DNA of 64,000 nucleotides from Mytilus trossulus. Taxonomy: Eukaryota. The translations under genes and the position numbers were made by a program. The notes beneath the pieces were generated by a model. That model saw nothing but the letters and a program-made list of their open reading frames with translations. It was not told the DNA's origin and made no database searches. Shown in pieces: positions 1 to 11,381 of this stretch; the stretch's first letter is position 1, and each line of letters begins with the position of its first letter. The stretch lies in the NCBI RefSeq assembly GCF_036588685.1, contig NC_086378.1:69998001-70062000 (forward strand), read 5' to 3'.

Positions 1-56
1 TTAATTATTACTATATCATTTTTGTATATCGAGAGGTTGTTTTGATCAAAATTTTC

Positions 57-886
57 ATTTCGTAGGCATATGGTGGTATCTTGTATTCAATTTTAAACGC
101 TGAACGCATTTTCCTTAATGGTAATGTGCATATGGGCGTTTTTCAATAAAAGCATAACTTTCAGACCTAAAACAATGGAAAATCAACTTGTCTAAAATTT
201 AATTTAAAGAATTATTTTGAATACCTCTATTATAGACCTGTTTGTAAACAAAAAGTGCAATCTTAAATACTCTTCAAAATGATATTATATTCATAATTTG
301 TGTACTGTTTCGTAGGGGACTTTTGTACCCTACGAAACTGCTTCTGAATACACATATTTTTTGCAATTTTAAATATTTTCTATAGAAATTCCAGTTTGTT
401 AGCTTTATAAACTAGAAAAATCTTTTTCTGAATTGGGGAACCATTTTTTATCGATAAAGATTAGACAGTACTTCACATATGAAGGAACAACTCATGTTAC
501 GTAGCGGACACGAATATAATTGAAAAAAGATTAAAAAAAAAAAAAAAAACCGCATGGTAGTGTTAGTGTTCACTACGAACCATACTTGTTTCGTAGGGGA
601 CCGTTTCGTCGGGGACCGTTTCGTGGGGGTCATATTCGCATTTTTTTATTTTTTTCCCACAATCCTTATATTGTAATAGTAACAAGACTGATTGTATTCA
701 TCAAAGCGTGTATTAAGCTGTACACTGATATTTTTTTCATTATTTTAAAACCAGATACGGAAGAAGATTTGACCCGTTTCGTAGTGGACAATACGCTTAT
801 GTGTATATCCCATGCAAACAAAAATTACATTGATTTTATAAAACTGTTTATTGGCAAATTTTAATGACTTCGTTTCGTAGTGGACA
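57..886. repeat. Cluster of short TTTCGTAG(G/T)GGAC-like motifs in both orientations, probably DNA-transposon subterminal repeats
   Basis: Motif at ~57, 309, 589, 604, 619, 777, 873 and inverted at ~328, 571. It explains the spurious RGPF/SPTK ORFs. Confidence 0.4.
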
Positions 887-2205
887 TTTTTTCAGAGACA
901 CACCTTCTGAAATTAAAACTCCTATATTGTAAACCTGTTTATTAAAATAGATTGGCTCTGAACATACTTTTTAATTAATAAAGTACTTAAAAAATTACAT
1001 TTATTTCTCCATTTTTTACGATATTTTAGAGTATGAATGTTGAACAGGCGGTCTAGGGACATGCCATTTTGGTTGTTTTTAACTATTCCGGAATCAATAT
1101 TTCATCAATCCCTCTAAAGATAAACTGTTCCTTTGTTTATAAATGTTAAATCTAATTCAATGTACTGACTGCACAAAAAAATTACTTGCAAAGATCAAAC
1201 ACATTTATTTATATAGCTGGGACAAAGAAGTACGTTTTTATTATAAAAAGGCCCATATATGGTGTAAACCAATAATCATTTAAAATATTAGATTCAATCG
1301 GGTTTTTTAACGTATGATTTTTTTCCTGTGTGTCCAATAAACTTTGGAAAAAACATTTTTTTGTGATGGTGTGTATTGTTTCCCCAAAAATTTTTATCAA
1401 AGAAGGGTCAAATCCTTTCAGTAAGGCGAGGACTAGCATCTCAATATAAAATATCAAATATATCCAGAGTATGATTTTATTCGGAAGATTTTAGTTTCGT
1501 CATTATACATGACATAAGAACCACCATTGACGTTAAACGCTAATTTGACGAATATTTTAGCATTTTATACACATCTAAATAAGCTTCAAAAATTGCAAGT
1601 AAAAGGTACTTAGACTATAAAGAGAAGTGTAACACTTGCCATAGCCTACTATAGCGATGAACCATAACTGTATTGTACCAATATCTTTAATACAATATGC
1701 ACAGACGGTAACTTTCAAAAGACAAGTTACAAGCAGATTATGATATAAAACATGTCAGTGTTCGCATGGTTTAATTGTATACATTTCATAACATACTATT
1801 TACATTATTATTATATTGTTATTTATTTCTATAATTCCTTTGATGGTTAACTACCCAAAAAATGTTGACATGGTTTCATTTCACTACGAATAAAGCATTG
1901 TTCAATGTATAATTAACTTGAATGGAATACCTTAAACGTTTTTTCTACATACTGAATATCTCATAACATGCCAAAATTACATGATTGGTCTTATTTCTTC
2001 GTCAATTGACGGGTTTCTAACATGATAGTTGACATATTTTCCATTTTTGTTTATTTGACTTGATGTCATACTTTCCCAGGAATAAACTTGTGATCCTCAC
2101 CAGAGAACGATTGGTTGTTCGATGAAGGCTTCAAATTATTGGGTTCATTCATCGCTTCTGCCAATTTATGGGATTTTTTTTTAAATATGACATGTGATTC
2201 CGTAT

Positions 2206-5009
2206 GATTGCAAGGGATAACTTTATAACTGTTAATGAGAATAAGTAATCTACTTATATTATGATAATAAGACCCGGTAATGCATGTAATAAACGAAAAA
2301 CGTTACATTGCCCCCCCCCCCCCCCCCTCCTAGCCATGAACTTCCACTTTTCAGTTTATGCTCCTTAAAGAATAATTAAAATTTTAAAAAATTACTTATC
2401 ACATATCTGAAATCCTGACTATTACTGGAACATAAAAAAAACTAGGGATCCAAGATTAACTATAAAAGACAAAATACAATTTGTTCCGATTGACACCAAG
2501 CAAATAGTAGGGTCACAGTTTCCAAATTCTCATAACGACTTTAAAATGAATTTTGCAAACAAAATTAAAATCTATGTAAAAAAAGCATTAGCACCTATCA
2601 AAACAAGAAAAATAACAAAATATATTTGCTTAACTAGTACTGACAATGATATATATAAGTCTACAATATTTTTTTTAGATTTAAATCTTTTAAAACAATA
2701 CTGCTCGTAAAATTGTACTTGATTATTGTTTAAAGGGCTCCGTGACACCATAACAATATGTTTAGCATAGTTAGGGTCTCGTGCACCAATTTGTACTTTT
2801 AAAGGGCTCCGTGACACCATAACATTATGTTTAGGGTCTCGTGCACCAAAAAAAGGTTAAATTTTCGACTATAAACAGACTCAGAAAAACTTCGGCATAA
2901 AACAACAGTTCCCTTTTCATCAGACTGTCCATGCCCGGTTGACCGACATCTGGCCTCTGGTGTCGATCCCCTCTACGTAAATCTGTCTATCGAGAATCTC
3001 TACGGTCCCCTTCACGGTTCCGGAAATTCTGGTGGACGATTTTTAAACATCTGGAATCTGCCTCTTCCACGCCATCAATCACAGTTATACAATCTCACTA
3101 GGGACTCTTTACCGTCATTCCGTGGGTAATTATCAGGAACAGTATTTCTGTCGACATTTTCTCTTCGTGTTCCTTCTGCTGCTGTAGTTGCATCTTCATC
3201 ACTATCCCAGTCTTCAACTTCAAATATCGGCCGTTGAACTGGTTTGAAATGCTTGGCGAGACCCTTCTCTCCAACTCTAAAGCATTCTTCCTGCATCGCA
3301 TTAATTACTGCAGGGTATTCTATCTGGTTCGCTTGACATAAAGGCGAAAATTTCCTGATTGTCCGCACTTGTCAGGTAACGTTTTAATAAAGTTCTCTAC
3401 GATCTCAGGACTGTCCAGATACGCTCTACGGTACAAATCCTATATCGCTTGAGCGAAATATCTCAAAGATACTTCCGAATTTCTCTTCCTCATTTTTGCC
3501 TCTGTCACATACCATTGTTTCATCGCCGTATGTCCTTTTAGTGTACGGTTGTATTGAATAAACTCATTCCAAACATCATTCCCTGCTCCGGAAAAGGTCC
3601 TCCGAACTTGATAATCATTAGATTGAGGAATTTTCCTTTCACGGATACACCAAGTATTCGGGTATTCCGTAGTAGTTTCGTTTATATCAGTAGATTTATT
3701 TTCCCGAGTATCAGTCTCTTACAATTGAACATGTCCTGGTGATAAGCCCACGTTTTCCGATGTTTGACCGGGTAACTCAAGCTCGATGTGCCTTTGATTA
3801 AGCCTAGGGCTCAAGAACGAGGGCATTTCATCTGAGTCATAGGGCATTACAGGTTCAATCATACCATATTCCTGATACTTCTGTACAACCCGATTGTAAT
3901 GAAAATATATCCATGCTGTTGCGACGAGGTCCGTACTGAGAGTAAGCAAAATATTCCATGTTTGCCAAAATTTCTTCCAACCATTTCCTCCGTCTTTTTC
4001 CGCATTGCTCATCTCCTGGATAACTCTATAATGTTTTTTTGGCGTAGTCTCCGTATGAATATCATTAAGAGTACGCCCAGTGGCAGGCGAACTACCTAAC
4101 CCAGAATCTGCTGGGTAAATTACTTGACTATTTAAGCAATTCTGCTTTACCTGAGAGAGCGTTGGAGCTTGAGTTGATGTCCTTGTTGTTCTTCATGGTG
4201 TTTCCATTATGTTATTACAAGTTCGTTGAAGTCACACATAGTAAATCCCACCGCTGCCACCAATGTGATGAAAAAGTAGTTTAAGTATGGTGACTTAAAC
4301 TTAAGTGTGTATTCTTGTGTTTGGTGTCTACGTTTCACACGTCAACGGACGACAAATGCCAAGTAAACTCTTTAACAGGGTAACCCTAAAACTCTGGTAG
4401 CGTGATTAAGGGAATCCTGGTCACATACAAAAATAAATGGATCCTGGTGTAGTCTGAACGAAGTCTTGCAAGTCAACATAAACAAAAAGTCGATTAAAAG
4501 TTCAATACTGTATTATTTGAAAGATAAAGTATATGATACAGTAATACAAAATTACAACATCTAAACTGCAGGCTCAACAATACGGTGAAATAATGCTTAA
4601 TCTCCTACGTACACTCCTCTCGTACACAAAATCGTCTCTCTTGTATATCGTATATCGTATTTACCACTATTTCTCTCTTTTATACTACTCTAGTAACCTG
4701 ATAACAATATGATTAAATGACTGTGAACAAAGAAATATTCTACAGGAGCTATATAACAGGAGCTAGGAGCCAGGAGCCAGGATCTAAGGTCACCTGAAAC
4801 TGAGGTCAATTGAGACACCTGCATAAACACTATAACGGGGCACCAGCAAATTAACATGATTGATTTGACATTTAACAAGTACAATCTGATCGAAGGCGCG
4901 AAACATGGATTACAAGGGATTACTTTATAACTGTTAATGAGAATAAGTAATCTACTTATATTATGATAATAAGTCCCAGTGATGCATGTTATAAACGAAA
5001 AACGTTACA
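2206..5009 (-). mobile_element. Internally deleted Gypsy-like LTR retrotransposon (no pol)
   Basis: 5' LTR 5009-4264 (TGTAACG...CATCACA on -). PBS TGGTGGCAGCGGTGGGATT at 4262-4244, complementary to the tRNA-Leu 3' end. Polypurine tract of G's at 2330-2311. Truncated 3' LTR 2307-2206 matches 5009-4908. Broken gag-like ORFs lie between. Confidence 0.85.
3075..4012 (-). pseudogene. Fragmented gag-like coding remnant of the LTR element
   Basis: ORF pieces 3719-4012 and 3075-3368 plus a DLYRRAY-type segment near 3420-3440, just downstream of the PBS; interrupted by stops and frameshifts. Confidence 0.55.
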
Positions 5010-5249
5010 ATTAAGTATAAGAATAGTCATTATCATTTACAAATACAGATTTAAAAATTCGTTAATAATACCTAATTACAATGTAGCCGTGTAATTAATT
5101 TTTAACTCAATTATAACAATTCAAGTGAGCTTTATTTATCACTTGGGTCTGTTAGCAAGCGTTTTTCGTCATCGTCCATCGTTGTCATTTGTTGACTTTT
5201 AGAAACATCTTTACATCTTAAACTACTAGGCCAATTATAACAAAACTAA

Positions 5250-6684
5250 GGCCGTGTTCACACCAAACGCCGTGTAGAGTAAACATGTTTACAATTAGTT
5301 TAGTGTAGTGTACACTGGTTTCACATTACATTTGTATACATCTATACCCCTTGTTTAGCTACCTGTACATTAGATTTGTTCCCACTTGTAAACTATATGT
5401 CATTTAATTGTTCATTACGTAGAACTGAATTCAAAATTTTTGGAAAATTTTTCTAGAGGTAAGGGAACAACCATTTGACTCCAAAAGGGAGATGGATGAT
5501 GAGAATGGAAATATTCCGATTCCCAATTTGATAAAAAAAAATATGGTCATACAGATGATAAACAAAAATATTCTGAATCTAGAGTTTCCCCATACATTAT
5601 AGTGTTAAATATTGAAAAAAAAGTATTTGATCACCAGCATCGAAAAAAAGGAATAAAACGTACGCGCGAAAAAAAAATCTGACTCAGATAAAAAAAAAAA
5701 TAACCCGCCCCCTTTTTTAGCTCACCGGGCCCGAAGGGCCAAGTGAGCTTTTCCCATCACTTTGCGTCCGGCGTCCGTCGTCTGTCGTCCGTTGTCGTTA
5801 ACTTTTACAAAAATCTTCTCTGAAACTACTGAACCAATTCAAACCAAACTTCATCTGATTGCTTCCTAGTGTATCTAGAATAAAGTTTGTGTTTTAATTC
5901 CCATTTTATCAAAAAACATGGCCGCCATGGCTAAAAATAGAACATAGGGGTAAAATGCAGTTTTTGGCTTATAACTCAAAAACCAAAGCATTTAGAGCAA
6001 ATCTGACATGGGGTAAAATTGTTTATCAGGTCAAGATCTATCTGCCCTGAAAATTTCATCTGAAAAAAAGGGATCTGAGATACTAGACAAACATATCATT
6101 TACCTCACACTTTTTTTAGTCATGCATTTATGCGTGAATCGTTTTTTTAGTAAAGACCAGTGGCGAATATTTCTGTGTACGTCAATTCGATTCGAAAAGA
6201 CCTTTTCAAATGAATTAAGCAGCAACTGTTTACTTCATTTTTTGTGGAGGTGGAGGGGGGCGTGAGCTATTGATTTTTTTTAGGACAAATTTTGGTGACA
6301 AGTCGAAATCAATTTTAGCATTATATATAGTGGCAGCTGAGGGTGAAACAAACAATTTTTTTTCAGGGCCAAAACTAGAAGCATTTTCAACTATAATAGC
6401 CCCCTCCGAAAATCAATTGGTTGCTGCCTTGTGGGTTCGGTAATGATGCTGCATTGAGTCTTGGTTTGGGGTTAATAAAGTACGTTATTTTTTTTTATTA
6501 GTTTATTAGTTTTGTGTACACTTAAGCTACACAAGGCATACATCGACTATCGACTGTGTGTAGGTAAAACATGATTTAAACTACATGTAAACATTGAGTT
6601 TTATCAATGGGAACGCAATTGTGTTTAGTTTACGTGTGAGTTACACTAACACAACACCGAATTTAGGTCAATGTGAACACGGCC
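5250..6684. mobile_element. PIF/Harbinger-type MITE with nested insertions
   Basis: TIR GGCCGTGTTCACA (5250-5262) / TGTGAACACGGCC (6672-6684), flanked by a TAA target duplication (5247-5249, 6685-6687). Confidence 0.8.
5714..6060 (+). mobile_element. 5' part of a non-autonomous Helentron/HINE-like element
   Basis: TTAGCTCAC...GTGAGCT subterminal inverted repeat and CGTC microsatellite, then sequence matching the repeat unit at 59281-59780. Confidence 0.7.
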
Positions 6685-7595
6685 TAAGTCATAGTCAACC
6701 CTATTTAATCTGAATTCAACAATTGGTCAAAATAAACATGTCCTTTAACCACTTTGACATGGCCAAGGTGGGAAAAAAGAACAAAAAATTCAAACGCATT
6801 TGTTTTCATTATCTCCATAACTGCTATAAAATTGTTTAATCTAGAAAGCAGAATCTTTTTTAATTGTTGCAAGCTACCTATTTTCTATTTATATCAAATT
6901 CGTGTGGTGATGATTTATAGGACTTCTTGCTGTGAAAGATTCCTTATAAAATGACAATTTGTACCATTTTTGCGTTTTTGTCATTGACAATGAAAACTGT
7001 TATCCATATAAAAATGTGTTACTATAGATTAATTTATCAATTTTTAATTGTCTTCTTATAGGTGTTAAAGTCACACGAGGACGTTGCTTTTATTAGTGCT
7101 TTATGTTGATCAAATAATACTGACCGTTTAGAGAAAAGAAAAGTGAACAAACATTCAGCAAAACAACCTTTATATCTGCAATAAAGAGATGGTAGTTAAA
7201 ATTATTTTCTAGTCTTATGAAAAAGTACAATATATTCAAATATAACATTTTTAAAGTCCATGGTTTCAACAAATACAGTTTATCCATTACGAAAAATCTG
7301 TTGAAACCATTTTTTATCCCGATGTGTTTATGCAGCTTTGCAATAACCTGCCTTTGTTTTGAATGCTAAACTAGTATCGACACTCAGTATATTGATTTTT
7401 TTCGTTCTTTTAATGAAACATAGAAATGATTTTTTAAAGATTTTTTGGTATTTTTTTATTTTATTTTCATTCTTGCATCTAATATGACAAGGGAGAAGGC
7501 TTATGTAATACATTTACATTTTTAATCTGAATGTTATAGGCTCATGTGTGTGATTGTTTTTTCCTCTTGATTTGCAGTGAGTTGATTGCAAAATG

Positions 7596-7603
7596 TATAT
7601 AAA
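7596..7603 (+). promoter_or_regulatory. TATA box of mfp-3
   Basis: TATATAAA 79 bp upstream of the ATG at 7682. Confidence 0.6.
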
Positions 7604-7681
7604 GCGCAGAAAATATTCAGCCAGAATTAGAGTATTTCTCAGCAATCAGCATATCCAGGCAAACGGTTAGATTAAGAAGCA

Positions 7682-7748
7682 ATGAAGACATTCAGTTTCG
7701 CAGTTATAATGGCTTTAGTCCTTATTGGATTATTTGCTGTGCAGAGTG
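7682..7748 (+). CDS. mfp-3: Mussel foot protein 3, exon 1 (signal peptide MKTFSFAVIMALVLIGLFAVQS)
   Basis: Matches the mfp-3 signal pattern ALVLIGxFAVQSDA; phase-1 donor GTTAGT at 7749. Confidence 0.93.
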
Positions 7749-8530
7749 GTTAGTAAGCTTTGCTTTATTAAAGTGGTTCATTATTTTTAAGTATTTATTT
7801 TTTGATAATTGTCACCTAATATATTACAACTCACGATTCCTGGTAGCGCCATTTGTCGCATATGGCTAGTTTGGTATAATATATCTTAAAATGTATCGAT
7901 TCTTATACAATCTTGGCTTTAAAATATTTGGCTTTACCCTTTCCTGATAGACGTTGATTTTTTAGAAGTGCTTAAAACGCAGAAAGTTTATAGTATGACG
8001 TGTTGTTTTCAACTTATTTTTCCAACGTAGAATGTTATCTTTGAATTATATGAAATGTTGGACTGGTTTTGATAAGCAAACTAGCTATACGCAAGAATCC
8101 ATTTCTTTTGTAAAAGGCTTTGTTATTTTCAAAATACCAGTTGTATCGGAAAAACTTGTTCTTTTCGTACCAACAAATTGGAAAAGTATAACTGCAACAA
8201 ATAAAAAAAATAAGAACGTAGTAATTTGTATCTAAAATAAAGAAGTTTGTCCTTACTATGTTTCACTAATTTGATACTTGTTGAATTTTGTTTTATACAT
8301 TATAGCTCTGTTATTGTTACCTGTTTATATTTTCAAAATTCTCATATATAATTTTCCTATTAGAATTTTTCTATAACATGACAAATCTTATGATAGAGGA
8401 TATAAGAGATAGTAACGCTATTTTTTTATATTTATCTATTTTTTTCAAATCTATTTCATTTCAAAGATACAAAATTCCGACATTGATAAAACAAATTTTT
8501 CATATTCTTTGTTTTATTTATTTTATTCAG

Positions 8531-8541
8531 ATGCAGGTTAT
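8531..8541 (+). CDS. mfp-3: Mussel foot protein 3, 11-nt microexon 2 (D-A-G-Y)
   Basis: ttttattcAG|ATGCAGGTTAT|GTAAGT completes SDA|GY and keeps the frame into exon 3. Confidence 0.88.
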
Positions 8542-9420
8542 GTAAGTATGAAATATCTGAAGTTTGTTAGACGATTTGAATTGCGCATAACAGGAACATG
8601 GCCACTGTTACATTATAGTTCGTTTCTCTGTGTGTTATATTTCAGTGTTGTGTCTCTGTTGTGTCGTAGTTCTCTTATATTTGATACGTTTCCCTCAGTT
8701 TTACTTTGTAACCCGGATTTGGTTTTTTCTCTCTCCAAGTCAGGAGCTTTTAACTAAATGGTTGTCGTTTGTTTATGTGTTGCATATATGTGTTTCCTTA
8801 TTTTGTTTACGTAAAAAGGCCGTAAGTTTTCTCCTTTAAATGATTTAACATTTTGGAGCCATATATATATATAGCTGACTATGCGGTATGGGCTTTGCCA
8901 TAACAACTATCCACAAGACACTAAAAGGACACAAAAATTAACAACTATAGGTCACCGTATGGCCTTCAACAATGAGAAAAGCGCATACCAAACAGTCAGC
9001 TATAAAAGGCCCCGAAATGATTAAACATTATATACAGTAATATAATGTCAAAATATTTTCAAATATGACTGCTTTTATATTTGTTTTTTTTTAATTTCGA
9101 ATTAAAATGAATATTCCTGTAATAAACTAGCTTTGCAGTGACTATAAGTCGTTCAGATATTTGTTCTTCGGTCTTGTTGGATAGATGTATGAATTTTCAG
9201 ACATAATTCTTCTAATTGTATATTCAGCTATTTGCGAATATTTAAACAAAAATTGCCTTGTGTTATAGTCCATCCTCCTGATCCGAATCCTCGTCATCGA
9301 TTATTATACATTTCTTCTGTCTTTCATTTAATCTAGTGTTGAAGTACATTTTTACGCCACCGTTGTTTTCTCATTATATTTAGTTTCAAGGTGATATAGT
9401 ATTTCTGATAAAACATATAC

Positions 9421-9625
9421 ATAGTTGTCGAAAGTACCAGGATTATAATTAAGTACACCAGACGCGCGTTTCGTCTACATTAGACTCACCAGTGACGCTC
9501 ACATAGAAATATTTATAAAGCCAAACAAGTAAAATGTTGAAGAGAATTTAGGATCCAAAATTCCAAAAAATTGTCCCATAAACGGCTAAGGTAATATATG
9601 TATGGGATAAGAAAATCCTTAGTTT
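9421..9625 (-). mobile_element. Retrozyme copy with minimal hammerhead (core CTGGTGA variant) in mfp-3 intron 2
   Basis: On -: GCGTCA-CTGGTGA-GTC-taatgta-GAC-GAAA-CGCGCG-TC-TGGTGT; flanks match 58574-58814. Confidence 0.75.
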
Positions 9626-10648
9626 TATAAATCACAATTCCAAAGACCGTATCATGATTTGATTATTTGTTAGATAATTCAAAGTTTGGAAACTTAATTG
9701 TATGTTGTAAACTTCTATCCAATCGAAATTGAAATAATCAATACAACAGATACAGTTTAGTGATCACAGGCCCTCTCTATCTATCACGAATGTCCCCTAC
9801 CAAATGATATTATATACTTACATGAGCAACGCAGAGAGTTTTATATTTGAAGTTGTGTCACCTAACTCTTCCTTGGTACCCAGAATCATATTTGGTTTTT
9901 GTCGTGAATAGTGTTGCTCTGTTTTCAGTTTCCCTTTTATTTAGGCATTGTTGTATCGTTTTGATCGTTTTTCGTTTGTTACCTATTGTAATCTGTTCGA
10001 CTTTCCAGCTGGAATAATCATTTTTTGTATCTTTTGATTGTCCTTTGGAAGGGCGTGTCATCGTTATCAATCTACCAGTTTTCGGTATTGAAAAGTCAAT
10101 TACAAATTCACCGTGTAACAAATGCAAAATAATTTCAAAGAAATATTTTGTTTTTATCAAAAAAGGAACTTTCCACTTCGTTAAATGCCAATAGTGCATA
10201 ACGTATTGATCAAGTTTTTTTTTTTGAAGGATGATATATTAATATATTATGTTTGCGTTATTCTTTCGTGGTATGAATACAATCTAAATTAACTCATCAT
10301 AAACACCATGACGTAATACATTTGAAACATAACTGCAACATATATTCAAATGTTTATATTGAGGTATTTGAAAAGTTCCCCGTTTATAGTTCCCCGTTTT
10401 ATAATTTACTGTATATGAACATTAATTTGTTTATATAGCGTCACGCGTGATAAGTAAACCAATCTGATGAATCACATGGGAGAATAAATTCTTATTCTAT
10501 AATTCATACTTCAGATTAACAGTTCCTGAAATGTTCATCAACAATTATATATGGATTTGATATATCTCACAGCTATAGATATCATAGAGTGATGAGTTGC
10601 TTTATATTTCAATATCATTATTATTAAAGATAAAGCATATAAACTTTA

Positions 10649-10800
10649 ACGCCAGACGCGCGTTCGTCTATACAATGTCTATAAGACTTATCAGTAACGC
10701 TTGGATCGAAATAGTTAGAAAGCCAAATAAGTACAAATTTGAAGAGCATTGGTGACCCAAATTTTCACAAAGTTGCGCAAAATACGGCTAAGATTATCTA
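10649..10800 (-). mobile_element. Degenerate retrozyme copy ending ~50 bp before the mfp-3 exon 3 acceptor
   Basis: CGCCAGACGCGCGTTCGTC...GACTTATCAG followed by the AAGCCAAA..GAAGAGCATT..GGCTAAG body. Confidence 0.65.
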
Positions 10801-10850
10801 TTAAAATAATTTATTTAAACTTGATTGGTTTTTTTTTTCTCATATTTCAG

Positions 10851-10988
10851 GGTTATTATCCAGGATATAATTCACCATACAACGGTGGTTACCATGGTTA
10901 TAACGGATACACTGGATATCACGGAAATTATGGCTGGGGGAAACCCTGGAATAACGGTCCCTGGGGACGATATGATTATGGGAAATAA
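10851..10988 (+). CDS. mfp-3: Mussel foot protein 3 (slow type), exon 3: GYYPGYNSPYNGGYHGYNGYTGYHGNYGWGKPWNNGPWGRYDYGK*; 71-aa precursor
   Basis: tttcAG acceptor; Gly/Tyr/Asn/Trp-rich peptide with GYNGY, YHG and WNNGPWG motifs; AATAAA at 11049-11054. Confidence 0.93.
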   Translation, partial: GYYPGYNSPYNGGYHGYNGYTGYHGNYGWGKPWNNGPWGRYDYGK

Positions 10989-11381
10989 AGGCTATCTTTA
11001 GTAGCACAGAAGCAAGGACGACATCAATAATGATATGAATGTTCGATGAATAAAGCTTTATGTGATGTTTCTTAATTTTTTCTGGTTTTTTTTTTAGCCA
11101 TGTATGGTTGGGGATGATTGATTTACAAAAACAAACGTTTTATAAATTATTTGTGAATATTTGCAGAAGTCAAAAAATAATCTTGAAGTTTGATTTTTAT
11201 TTTTGATTGCTAAATCAATATTTCATGAAATAGCGCCTAGTTTACTAAGACAAAACATGATAAGAGCCATTTAAATAGCCATTAAAATGGTCAAAAGTAA
11301 ATTCGAGCCTTTCTATCCCAAATTCATGTATTTGTAGTACTGCAACTGACATCGATAAAGACGCTTAGTTAACGAGTTTAA

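Noticed and set aside
448-864. ORFs with RRGPF and SPTKR repeats resembling RNA-binding or histone-like peptides
   Set aside because: They are opposite-strand translations of the same 15-bp DNA repeat, with no splice or domain support.
4244-4262. Exact tRNA-Leu 3' end including CCA
   Set aside because: Only 19 nt and adjacent to an LTR end; it is a primer-binding site, not a tRNA gene.
7900-7990. CCTGATAGA...AGAAGTGCTT segment resembling another hammerhead family
   Set aside because: Core and stems too degenerate to support.
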